DNA of 64,000 bases from Chloroflexota bacterium. Its GTDB lineage: Bacteria; Chloroflexota; Chloroflexia; Chloroflexales; Chloroflexaceae. Under the pieces are notes generated by a model. That model made no database searches. It was not told the DNA's origin and saw only the letters and a list, made by a program, of their open reading frames with translations. Numbering within the stretch: position 1 is the stretch's first letter; every line of letters begins with the position of its first letter. The DNA lies in contig JAUQOZ010000052.1 of assembly GCA_030550625.1 (NCBI GenBank), forward strand, positions 8,745-72,744, given 5' to 3'. The translations under genes and the position numbers were made by a program. Shown here in pieces: positions 10,596 to 18,438 of the stretch.

Positions 10596-11726
10596 TCAAT
10601 AAATCTGTACCGGTACGCCAAGATCGGCCCATTCATACAACCATTGAGCGTCATCAATCCGCAAATTAATGCACCCATGCGACATGCGCGCTCCGCTGCC
10701 GTGGGCATTGTGCCAATAGGTACCGTGCAAGGCGACGCCGCCGACCACGTATTGCACCCATGGAACGTTCGGGACATACCAGCACTCGCCGCCGAGGCAA
10801 CCGGTCATCGTCTGTTCGGGTAAGCGGTAGTAGATTGCGAAAGCGCCGCGCGGCGTGTTAAAACCGTCACGTCCGGTTGCGACCGGCGCCGTGAACACGA
10901 GCAACTGGTCTTCGTAGGCCAAGAGTTGCTGGCGGGCCAGATCGACTTCGATCCGGCGCTCCCATAGCGCCGGACTCCAATCAACCGCTCCGGGCAGGCG
11001 TGCAACGGGTGCGGTATTGATGCCGAGCAGGTTGGCCAATTGGCGGCCTATGTCGTCGATCACCACTTCGTGCAGCGCATCGAGATCGAAGCCATACATA
11101 GCCTGTTGCCGGCGGAGAAAGGGCGAGAGGGCATCGGGCTGGTAGCGTAAGCGAGCGCGTTCAAAATATTGGATGACACTGCCATCGCTGGTGTGTTCGG
11201 TGCTGATCGGGAAGCCAAAGATCGGCAACCCGCCCCACCGTTCCCAAAACTCAAGAAACTCGCCGCTCAGGGTGTAACCGGTTTCCGGGAAGAAAGCGCC
11301 AGCCACGCCAGCAGGTTCCAGCGGCAGGGCGATTGGTTGGCGTTCAAGCCATTCTTGCCCGATCAGACCAAGTTGGACTTGCAGCGGTGTGCCGGCATAT
11401 TCGGGATGATACTCAAAGCGAGCGCGCTCGAAATATTGCACAATCCGGCCATCGATCACCAATTCTTCGCTGATTGGCATGCCAAAGATGTGCAGTTGGC
11501 CGTTGGCGCGCCAGAAATCAAGAAAACCAACCCGATTAGAGAGGTGATGGCCGGTGGCCGGGAAGTAGACGGTGCGCGCGATCGGCAACCGGTTGAACTG
11601 GCTGATAGGGCGAGCCGCCGCCGTCGTATTCCAGTAGAGCCACGTACCGAACAATAAGATTCCGCTGCCCAGCAGCAAGAGCGCAAAGCGTAGACGAGCG
11701 GATGGCAAATTATCAATGGGCGACAT
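10596..11726 (-). CDS. L,D-transpeptidase (YkuD/ErfK family) with N-terminal TM and repeat domain
   Basis: C-terminal IEVDLARQQL...VATG...TPRG...ALHGTYWH...SHGCINL catalytic His/Cys; start moved to MSPIDNL. Confidence 0.9.
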   Translation of the reverse strand: MSPIDNLPSARLRFALLLLGSGILLFGTWLYWNTTAAARPISQFNRLPIARTVYFPATGHHLSNRVGFLDFWRANGQLHIFGMPISEELVIDGRIVQYFERARFEYHPEYAGTPLQVQLGLIGQEWLERQPIALPLEPAGVAGAFFPETGYTLSGEFLEFWERWGGLPIFGFPISTEHTSDGSVIQYFERARLRYQPDALSPFLRRQQAMYGFDLDALHEVVIDDIGRQLANLLGINTAPVARLPGAVDWSPALWERRIEVDLARQQLLAYEDQLLVFTAPVATGRDGFNTPRGAFAIYYRLPEQTMTGCLGGECWYVPNVPWVQYVVGGVALHGTYWHNAHGSGARMSHGCINLRIDDAQWLYEWADLGVPVQIY

Positions 11727-11880
11727 ACTGGTCTCAAGAACTAGGCAGCGACATGGTGCATGGGCGAATGATACCGTCATTATAGCAAACGCCGTCAAGA
11801 TTCCGCTTTGCGCAGCGTCTTGCGGAAGAGTGAACTCTCTGGCTATACTACGGTAAGTAAGGTTGCAATGCGAGCGTGGT

Positions 11881-12780
11881 ATGGCAGATCTTTTTACACC
11901 GCTACAAGTGGCTGGCCAGCGACTGGCAAATCGGATTGTGATGGCGCCAGCGCCGAGTGGGCTAGCCGGACGCGATGGGTTCTGCCATGCTGCGCTCGTG
12001 AGTTATTACGAACGGCGGGCGCGGGCCGGGGTTGGTCTCATCGTCACTGAGCCGCTCTTTATCTGCGAACCGGGTGAAGCGGCAGCGCACCTCGGCATTT
12101 GGCACGATGGCTTTTTGCCCGGTTTGCGCCGGCTCTCGGCGGCGGCGCACGCCTTTGGCTGCCGGATCGTCTTTTTACTGGAAGTGCCGGCGGTTGGCGT
12201 GCCGGCAGCAAGTTTGGTTGATCTGTACCTCCAAGCGACATGGCGCGCATTAGCTGCCGGCGCTGATGGGGTCTTCCTCTCGATTGCCGACGATGGCGGG
12301 CTGGCGCAACTCGTCTCGCCGCTCCATACGTTGAGCAATGGCGGCGCTGCTGGCGATCGGATCCAACCGGTACTCACCATTATCGAGCACATACGCCAGC
12401 GCTTTGGCCGGCGGCTATGGATTGGGCTGCGCATGCCGGCGGCTGAACTGATCCCCGGCGGGTTGAGCCATCAAGACGCGCGCCTGATTGCGCGGCGGGC
12501 AGTGGCTGCCGGCGCGCACATGCTCGATGTGACGGTCACTCGTTACACCCCTGATGTGGCCCGGTTTCCGGGGTGGACGATTCCATTAATTGCGGGCATT
12601 CGCCGGATCGCCAGCGAGGCGGTGGTGATCGGTTCCGGCCAACTCAGCGATCCGCTGCTGGCTGATGCAGTCATTCAAGATGGGAGCATCGATCTAGTGA
12701 TGCTCTGCACCGCGTTACGGGTGATGCCGGAATGGCCGCAGATGGCGCGCCGCATCCTCTTCCCGGTCAGCGTAGAATGA
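11881..12780 (+). CDS. NADH:flavin oxidoreductase / Old Yellow Enzyme family protein (degenerate active site)
   Basis: LFTPLQVAGQRLANRIVMAP, YYERRARAGVGLIVTE, DGSIDLVML..AL. Confidence 0.8.
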   Translation: MADLFTPLQVAGQRLANRIVMAPAPSGLAGRDGFCHAALVSYYERRARAGVGLIVTEPLFICEPGEAAAHLGIWHDGFLPGLRRLSAAAHAFGCRIVFLLEVPAVGVPAASLVDLYLQATWRALAAGADGVFLSIADDGGLAQLVSPLHTLSNGGAAGDRIQPVLTIIEHIRQRFGRRLWIGLRMPAAELIPGGLSHQDARLIARRAVAAGAHMLDVTVTRYTPDVARFPGWTIPLIAGIRRIASEAVVIGSGQLSDPLLADAVIQDGSIDLVMLCTALRVMPEWPQMARRILFPVSVE

Positions 12781-13936
12781 CTAACAACACGCCAGCAGCG
12801 ACGGCAGAACCAATCACGCCGGCCACGTTCGGGCACATCGCCTGCCAAATCAAGAAGTTCTGCTTGTCTTCCTCTTGCGCAACCCCATGCGCTACGCGAG
12901 CTGCCATCGGTACTGCTGACACACCGGCTGCCCCGATCAGCGGATTAATCTTATTTTTCGTGAAGAGATTGTAGAACTTGGCGAACAATACCCCGCCAGC
13001 GGTGGAAATGGCGAAGGCGCAGGCGCCAAGCGCGAAGATGGCGATTGAGCGCGGGGTGAGAAAGTTGCTGGCTTGGGTGCTGGCGCCAACGGTTAAACCG
13101 AGCATAATCGTCACACTGTCGATCAAGGCGCTGCGCGCGGTTTTAGCTAGCCGCTCGGTGACGCCGCTCTCTTTGAGCAGGTTGCCGAAGAAGAGCATAC
13201 CGAGCAGCGGCAGCGTGTCGGGTACGATCAGTACGCAGACAATCAGACCGATAATCGGGAACATGATGCGCTGGGTGCGATTAATCTCGGCGGGCGGCGG
13301 CATCCGGATCATACGTTCTTCGCGGGTAGTCAGCAAGCGCATAATCGGCGGCTGTATCACCGGTACCAGCGCCATATACGAGTACGCCGACACAGCTACC
13401 GCACCCAGCAGATCTGGCGCTAATCGCGACGAGATAAAAATAGCGGTTGGCCCGTCAGCGCCGCCGATGATACCGATCGCGGCTGCCGCGCGTAAGAGAC
13501 GGAGCGGGTCGTCATCGCTAGCAAGATCGAGAAACGGCAACTGCGCGCCGATCAAAATGGTCATCAACAGCGTGAAGAAGATGCCGATTTGGGCGGCGGC
13601 GCCAAGCAAGATCAGGCGTGGTTGGGCGATCAAAGCTGAGAAATCGGTCATTGCGCCGATGCCGAGAAAGATCAAGGGCGGAAAAACGCCGGCAACCACA
13701 CCGAAGTAGATATAACTAAGCACACTGCCCTGATCATAGACGCCTTGCCCCATGCCCGGCTCGAACGGCATATTGCCGAGGATAATGCCAAACCCAATCG
13801 GCACTAACAGCAACGGCTCGAAACCGCGGGCAATCGCAAGGTACACGAACACACAGCCAATAGCGATCATGAGCAGATTGCCCCATGATAAATGGGCCAA
13901 CCCGCTTGCTTCAAAGAAGCCGATCAACCATTCCAT
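12767..13936 (-). CDS. Na+-translocating decarboxylase beta subunit (OadB/MmdB)
   Basis: FEPLLLVPIGFG, LGIGAMTDFS, IGIIGGADGPTAIF, AYSYMALVP, PNVAGVIGSA. Confidence 0.96.
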   Translation of the reverse strand: MEWLIGFFEASGLAHLSWGNLLMIAIGCVFVYLAIARGFEPLLLVPIGFGIILGNMPFEPGMGQGVYDQGSVLSYIYFGVVAGVFPPLIFLGIGAMTDFSALIAQPRLILLGAAAQIGIFFTLLMTILIGAQLPFLDLASDDDPLRLLRAAAAIGIIGGADGPTAIFISSRLAPDLLGAVAVSAYSYMALVPVIQPPIMRLLTTREERMIRMPPPAEINRTQRIMFPIIGLIVCVLIVPDTLPLLGMLFFGNLLKESGVTERLAKTARSALIDSVTIMLGLTVGASTQASNFLTPRSIAIFALGACAFAISTAGGVLFAKFYNLFTKNKINPLIGAAGVSAVPMAARVAHGVAQEEDKQNFLIWQAMCPNVAGVIGSAVAAGVLLVILR

Positions 13937-14343
13937 CAGGCAAACTCCAGTAATGGTTGGCCTTGCCGCACCGAATCGCCGACCTTAACGTTAATCGCGC
14001 GAATCGTGCCAGCTACCGGGGAACTGACATTCGAGTTCATCTTCATCGCTTCGATCACGACCAGCGGATCATTCTCTTTAACGTGATCGCCGACGTTGAC
14101 CTTGATTTCAGCCACAATGCCGGCGATAGGCGACACCAGCACTCCCGGCCCGGTTGGGTGAGCGTTCGGGGACGGGGCGGCTGAAGCAGGGGCCGGCGCT
14201 GAACTCGGCGGCGTGGATGCTCGCGGCGGCGGTAAGGCATTGATACTGGTTGGCGCGTTGAGCATAGGGTCGTCATCGTCGGCTAAGACCTCGACCTCGA
14301 CTTCGTAACTGACACCATTGACAGTAATACGCAGGCGTTTCAT
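13936..14343 (-). CDS. Biotin carboxyl carrier subunit (MmdC-like)
   Basis: EAMKM biotinylation motif after a Pro/Ala linker; N-terminus LRITVNGVSYEVEVE. Confidence 0.95.
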   Translation of the reverse strand: MKRLRITVNGVSYEVEVEVLADDDDPMLNAPTSINALPPPRASTPPSSAPAPASAAPSPNAHPTGPGVLVSPIAGIVAEIKVNVGDHVKENDPLVVIEAMKMNSNVSSPVAGTIRAINVKVGDSVRQGQPLLEFA

Positions 14344-14369
14344 AGCAACTCCGGTTTATTGATGATGCT

Positions 14370-14396
14370 GGGAATGCTGCGCCGCAGCGCCCCTAC
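14370..14396. repeat. Degenerate GTAG-type REP inside the decarboxylase cluster
   Basis: gggaatgctgcg-ccg-cagcgcccctac, with an intact CCCCTAC end like the 7952 copy. Confidence 0.5.
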
Positions 14397-14433
14397 AGGT
14401 TACGGAGACGGCGGGCCGTTATGTGGTGACGGG

Positions 14434-14796
14434 TTACCGGCGCAGTTGGCGGGAAGCCATCACGCTCACCCGGCCTAATCGCGTCCACATTGCGGGAGGT
14501 TGGCGATAGTAGCGCACACGCAGCACCCGCACCGGTTTGTGCAACGTTGCGACAGCGGCTGCCGTTAACACGGCAACCAGTTGGGGGTCAAGGTGATCGG
14601 CGGTCGCCGGTTGCGGGGTTGCGGTGGCCGGCGCCGGTGTTGGCAGCGCAACCGTTTTAGGCTGGAACAGGCGCTGGCTGGCGCTGAGCGCGCCGAGCGC
14701 CATAGCGACGATCGCTAGCACGATAAAGACAATACTCACCCCTGTGATCGTAATTTGCAGACCGACAATGAGTGGATCGGCAGTCGGATCAATCAT
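14434..14796 (-). CDS. OadG/MmdD family (gamma/delta) subunit of the Na+-translocating decarboxylase
   Basis: N-terminal TM (GLQITITGVSIVFIVL), Pro/Ala linker, LVAVLTAAAVA, C-terminal W...GR motif. Confidence 0.88.
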   Translation of the reverse strand: MIDPTADPLIVGLQITITGVSIVFIVLAIVAMALGALSASQRLFQPKTVALPTPAPATATPQPATADHLDPQLVAVLTAAAVATLHKPVRVLRVRYYRQPPAMWTRLGRVSVMASRQLRR

Positions 14797-14820
14797 GCAG
14801 CCTCCCTACATCGCTACTCC

Positions 14821-16404
14821 TTACATTGGCACCAATCCGTGCTTCTTCTGCGGGCGGAACTCGCGCTTAGTACGCAGCGAGGCCAGCGCGAGGCTGAGGT
14901 AGCGCCGGGTTTCGCTCGGCGCAATGATGCTATCGATCAGGTTGCGGGACGCGCCAACGTAGGGTGACGCGAATTCAGCCCGATAGAGGCGCAAAAACTC
15001 GGCGCGGGCGGCAGCCGGATCTTCAGCTTGCTTAATCTGCTCGCGGAAGATAATATTGACCGCGCCTTCCGGCCCCATCACCGCGATCTCGCTGCTCGGC
15101 CATGCTGCCACGCGATCAGCGCCAAGGTCTTTGCCGCACATCGCCAGATACGCGCCGCCGTAGGCTTTGCGCAGAATCACCGTAATCTTGGGGGTTGTGG
15201 CGGCGGAATACGCGAACAGCATCTTCGCGCCGTGGCGAATAATGCCGCCGCGCTCTTGAGCGACGCCGGGCAAGAAGCCGGGCACGTCAACGAGGGTGAT
15301 GAGGGGAATGTTGAAAGCGTTGCAGAAACGGACAAAGCGCGCGATCTTATCAGAGGCGTCAATATCGAGCACGCCCGCCATAACCATCGGCTGGTTGGCG
15401 ACAATCCCCACGGTGTTGCCGTCAATGCGGGCGAAGCCGATCACAGCGTTATCGGCGAAGCCGCGCTGAATTTCGAGAAAATCACCGTCATCAACCAGCC
15501 GCTTGATGATCGGAATAACATCGTACGGTTCACGCGGATCATCGGGAATAATGGTATCGAGCACGGGATCGGAGAAAAAGCGCAATTCGCCATCGCCGCG
15601 TTCCGGCGGATCTTCAAGATTATTCGGCGGCAAGAAGCTGAGCAACCGCTTGCAGATAGCGATCGCCTCTTGATCATTTTCGGCGATAAAGTGAGCGACG
15701 CCGCTGCGCACCTGCGCTTCCGGCCCGCCTAACTCTTCCCCGGTCACATGCTCGCCGGTCACTTGTTTGAGCACTTCCGGGCCGGTGATGAACATCTCGC
15801 TGCCGCGCACCATAATGATAAAATCCATCAGGGCTGGTGAATAGGCAGCGCCGCCAGCGCAGGGGCCGGCGATAATCGCGATTTGCGGCACCACGCCCGA
15901 CAACAAAACGTTGCGATAGAAGATGCGCCCATAGCCGCTCAGCGCATCAATGCCCTCTTGAATGCGCGCGCCGCCGCTATCGTTGATGGTGATGAATGGC
16001 GAACCGCACTTGAGGGCGAGATCCATCGTTTGGCAAATCTTATCGGCGTGCATCTCGCCGACCGAGCCGCCGGCGACAGTAAAATCTTGCGCCGCCACAA
16101 ACACTTGCCGGCCATCAACGCTGCCGCACCCGGTAACAACCCCCTCGCCGGGCATCTCTTTATCGGCCATCCCGAAAGCGGTGCAGCGATGGCGGGCAAA
16201 GAGGTAAAGTTCCTGAAATGTGTCGGGGTCAATCAGCAGGTTAACTCGTTCGCGGGCAGTGAGTTTGCCAGCCTGATGCTGGCGAGCGATCCGGTCGGGG
16301 CCGCCGCCCTGTTCGAGCCGGTGGCGCTGCTGGCGGAGCGCCTCGATTCGGGCGCGTATGGTTAACGGGGCGGTAGCGGATAATTCCGTATCGCGCTGAG
16401 TCAT
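14821..16404 (-). CDS. Acyl-CoA carboxyltransferase (MmdA/PccB family; decarboxylase alpha subunit)
   Basis: QHQAGKLTARER, DSGGARIQEG, GPCAGGAAYSPA, LVDVPGFLPG, KAYGGA. Start at MTQRD (527 aa); the longer ORF call is a 5' extension antisense to the MFS gene. Confidence 0.95.
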   Translation of the reverse strand: MTQRDTELSATAPLTIRARIEALRQQRHRLEQGGGPDRIARQHQAGKLTARERVNLLIDPDTFQELYLFARHRCTAFGMADKEMPGEGVVTGCGSVDGRQVFVAAQDFTVAGGSVGEMHADKICQTMDLALKCGSPFITINDSGGARIQEGIDALSGYGRIFYRNVLLSGVVPQIAIIAGPCAGGAAYSPALMDFIIMVRGSEMFITGPEVLKQVTGEHVTGEELGGPEAQVRSGVAHFIAENDQEAIAICKRLLSFLPPNNLEDPPERGDGELRFFSDPVLDTIIPDDPREPYDVIPIIKRLVDDGDFLEIQRGFADNAVIGFARIDGNTVGIVANQPMVMAGVLDIDASDKIARFVRFCNAFNIPLITLVDVPGFLPGVAQERGGIIRHGAKMLFAYSAATTPKITVILRKAYGGAYLAMCGKDLGADRVAAWPSSEIAVMGPEGAVNIIFREQIKQAEDPAAARAEFLRLYRAEFASPYVGASRNLIDSIIAPSETRRYLSLALASLRTKREFRPQKKHGLVPM

Positions 16405-16609
16405 GGTCGTTCCTCCCTGTGAACGAATGGTCGCGCTCGCTCGCGGTATAACCAACCGCAGAGCGGCGTCGTGGGTAGTGGGTGGATCGATTGATAGATC
16501 GCTTTGGGTATTGACGGATGTTAGTATAGCACGCGCAATAGTTGCGTGCAGTAAAATAGGGTCATTCTTTGGCAACCGTGCATTGTCGTTTGGTTGACGG
16601 AGTAAACGC

Positions 16610-17833
16610 ATGACAACCATCCCCGCCCAACCGGCTCGTCCGTGGCTGGTCATCCTCTGGCTGGCGCTAGCAGTGTTGCTGGCGAAAGGCACATGGTTTT
16701 CCGCTTCTGCGGTGGTGCCGGCATTGACCGCCGAATGGGGGTTAGACGATACGGTGCGGGCGTGGTTGACGATGTCGGTGCAATTGGGCTTTGCCGTGGG
16801 CGCATTTGCTTCAGCGGCGCTGGGGTTAGCCGACCGCTGGCCCACCCATTGGTTCTTTGCCGGAGCGGCGACGCTCGCGGCCCTCTGCACAGCGTTGATT
16901 GCGCTGTTTGCCGAGGGGCCGGAGTTGGCGTTGCCGTTGCGGTTTCTGACCGGGATGGCGCTAGCGGGGGTGTATCCGGTCGGCATGAAGATCATGGCGA
17001 CGTGGACGCAGCGCGGGCGGGGGTTAGCGATTGGGGTGTTGGTTGGTGCGCTGACGATCGGTTCAGCATCGCCGCACTTGCTCAATGTGTTAGGCGGGAT
17101 TGGCGATTGGCGGCGCACGCTGCTGTTAGCCGCCGGATTAGCAGCATTGGGCGGTGTGATGGTGGCGGCGGCGGTGCGGGAAGGGCCGCTGCGAGCGGCG
17201 GCGCCGCGCTTTAGCTGGGCGCAGGTGGTTGACGTGGCGCGCGAACGGCCAGTGTTGCTAGCTAATCTCGGTTATCTCGGCCACATGTGGGAATTGTACG
17301 CGGTGTGGGCATGGTTGCCGCTCTTTCTGTTGGCCAGCTTCGAGGCAAGTGGCGTGGCGGCACATTGGGCTGGCTTTGCAGCCTTTGCCGCGATTGCCAT
17401 GGGCGGTCTCGGTAGCGTGCTGGCCGGCGCGCTCGCCGACCGGCTGGGGCGCACCACGATAACGATTGCGGCGATGGCCATCAGTGGCGGATGCGCGCTG
17501 GTGATCGGCTTGGTGTTTGGCAGTAACCCATGGCTGGTTACCGCCATTGCCCTGCTCTGGGGCTTGACCGTCGTCGCTGATTCGGCCCAATTCTCGGCAG
17601 CGGTGAGCGAACTCTCGCCCCCCGGTCGCACCGGCACCGCTTTGACCTTGCAAACCAGTTTGGGCTTTCTGCTCACCCTGATCACCATCTGGCTGGTGCC
17701 GCCACTGGTGGCGCTGGTAGGTTGGCGGTGGGCGTTTGCCGGGTTGGCAATTGGGCCGGCGATTGGGATTTGGGCGATGGCGACGCTCCGGCGCTCGCCG
17801 GCGGCGGCGCGCTTGGCCGGCGGGAGGGGGTGA
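16610..17833 (+). CDS. MFS transporter
   Basis: About 12 TM segments; GLADRW and GALADRLGRT MFS motifs. Confidence 0.92.
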   Translation: MTTIPAQPARPWLVILWLALAVLLAKGTWFSASAVVPALTAEWGLDDTVRAWLTMSVQLGFAVGAFASAALGLADRWPTHWFFAGAATLAALCTALIALFAEGPELALPLRFLTGMALAGVYPVGMKIMATWTQRGRGLAIGVLVGALTIGSASPHLLNVLGGIGDWRRTLLLAAGLAALGGVMVAAAVREGPLRAAAPRFSWAQVVDVARERPVLLANLGYLGHMWELYAVWAWLPLFLLASFEASGVAAHWAGFAAFAAIAMGGLGSVLAGALADRLGRTTITIAAMAISGGCALVIGLVFGSNPWLVTAIALLWGLTVVADSAQFSAAVSELSPPGRTGTALTLQTSLGFLLTLITIWLVPPLVALVGWRWAFAGLAIGPAIGIWAMATLRRSPAAARLAGGRG

Positions 17834-17902
17834 GGGGGAGTAGGGAGTAGGGAGTAGCCTCATCATCTGTGCAGTGACGCTGTTTACCTATTGACCGGCG
17901 CG

Positions 17903-18289
17903 TTAATGGGGGGCACAACGCGGTTGTGCCCCGATGGTAAAGCTGGTGGTATACGGCGCTGCCAGCGCATTGCTGGCTACATCTTTCACCCCGGTAGTGA
18001 CTGTCACGCGATACGTTCCATTGCTCAGGGTGAGACGCGGTCTGATGGTGATCTGGTAGCTAGATGGCGTATACAAAACGCTGATCGGCACTTCGGCGCC
18101 GTTGGCATGCAAGAGCTTCACTGTGCCGGTCGTCACCGTCGTTGCATCAAGCGGCTCTGATGCGCCAAGCATCATGGCCGGCGCGAAGACGGGGCCGGCG
18201 GTATCGGTGTAGACCGGCGTTGTGCCGGCAGCGAATCCGCTGGTATAGGTGATAAGACGGGTAACGCAATCGCTTTGGTTTTGATGTTC
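17903..18289 (-). pseudogene. Remnant bacterial Ig-like (Big_5/SbsA-type) domain
   Basis: Frame reads DTAGPVF...SEPLDATTV...ITIRP...TYRVTVTTGVKDVASNALAAPYTTSFT. In-frame TGA at 18290-18292, with no signal peptide or good start. Confidence 0.6.
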
Positions 18290-18438
18290 TCAATCGCTCA
18301 CGATTATTGAGGGGTCTTTTGCAAGCAGGGTTAGCGATCGGCTGGAATTCGATGCTCCATTGAACACAACTCCGGCAGAAGCGGTTCATTCACGCTACAA
18401 TATCTCTAATCAATCTGGGCAGTAAACCGGAGCATTGC

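Noticed and set aside
16405-17118. 238-aa N-terminal extension of the carboxyltransferase in the ORF track
   Set aside because: It overlaps the MFS gene on the opposite strand; family homology starts at MTQRD, which has a GGGAGG RBS.
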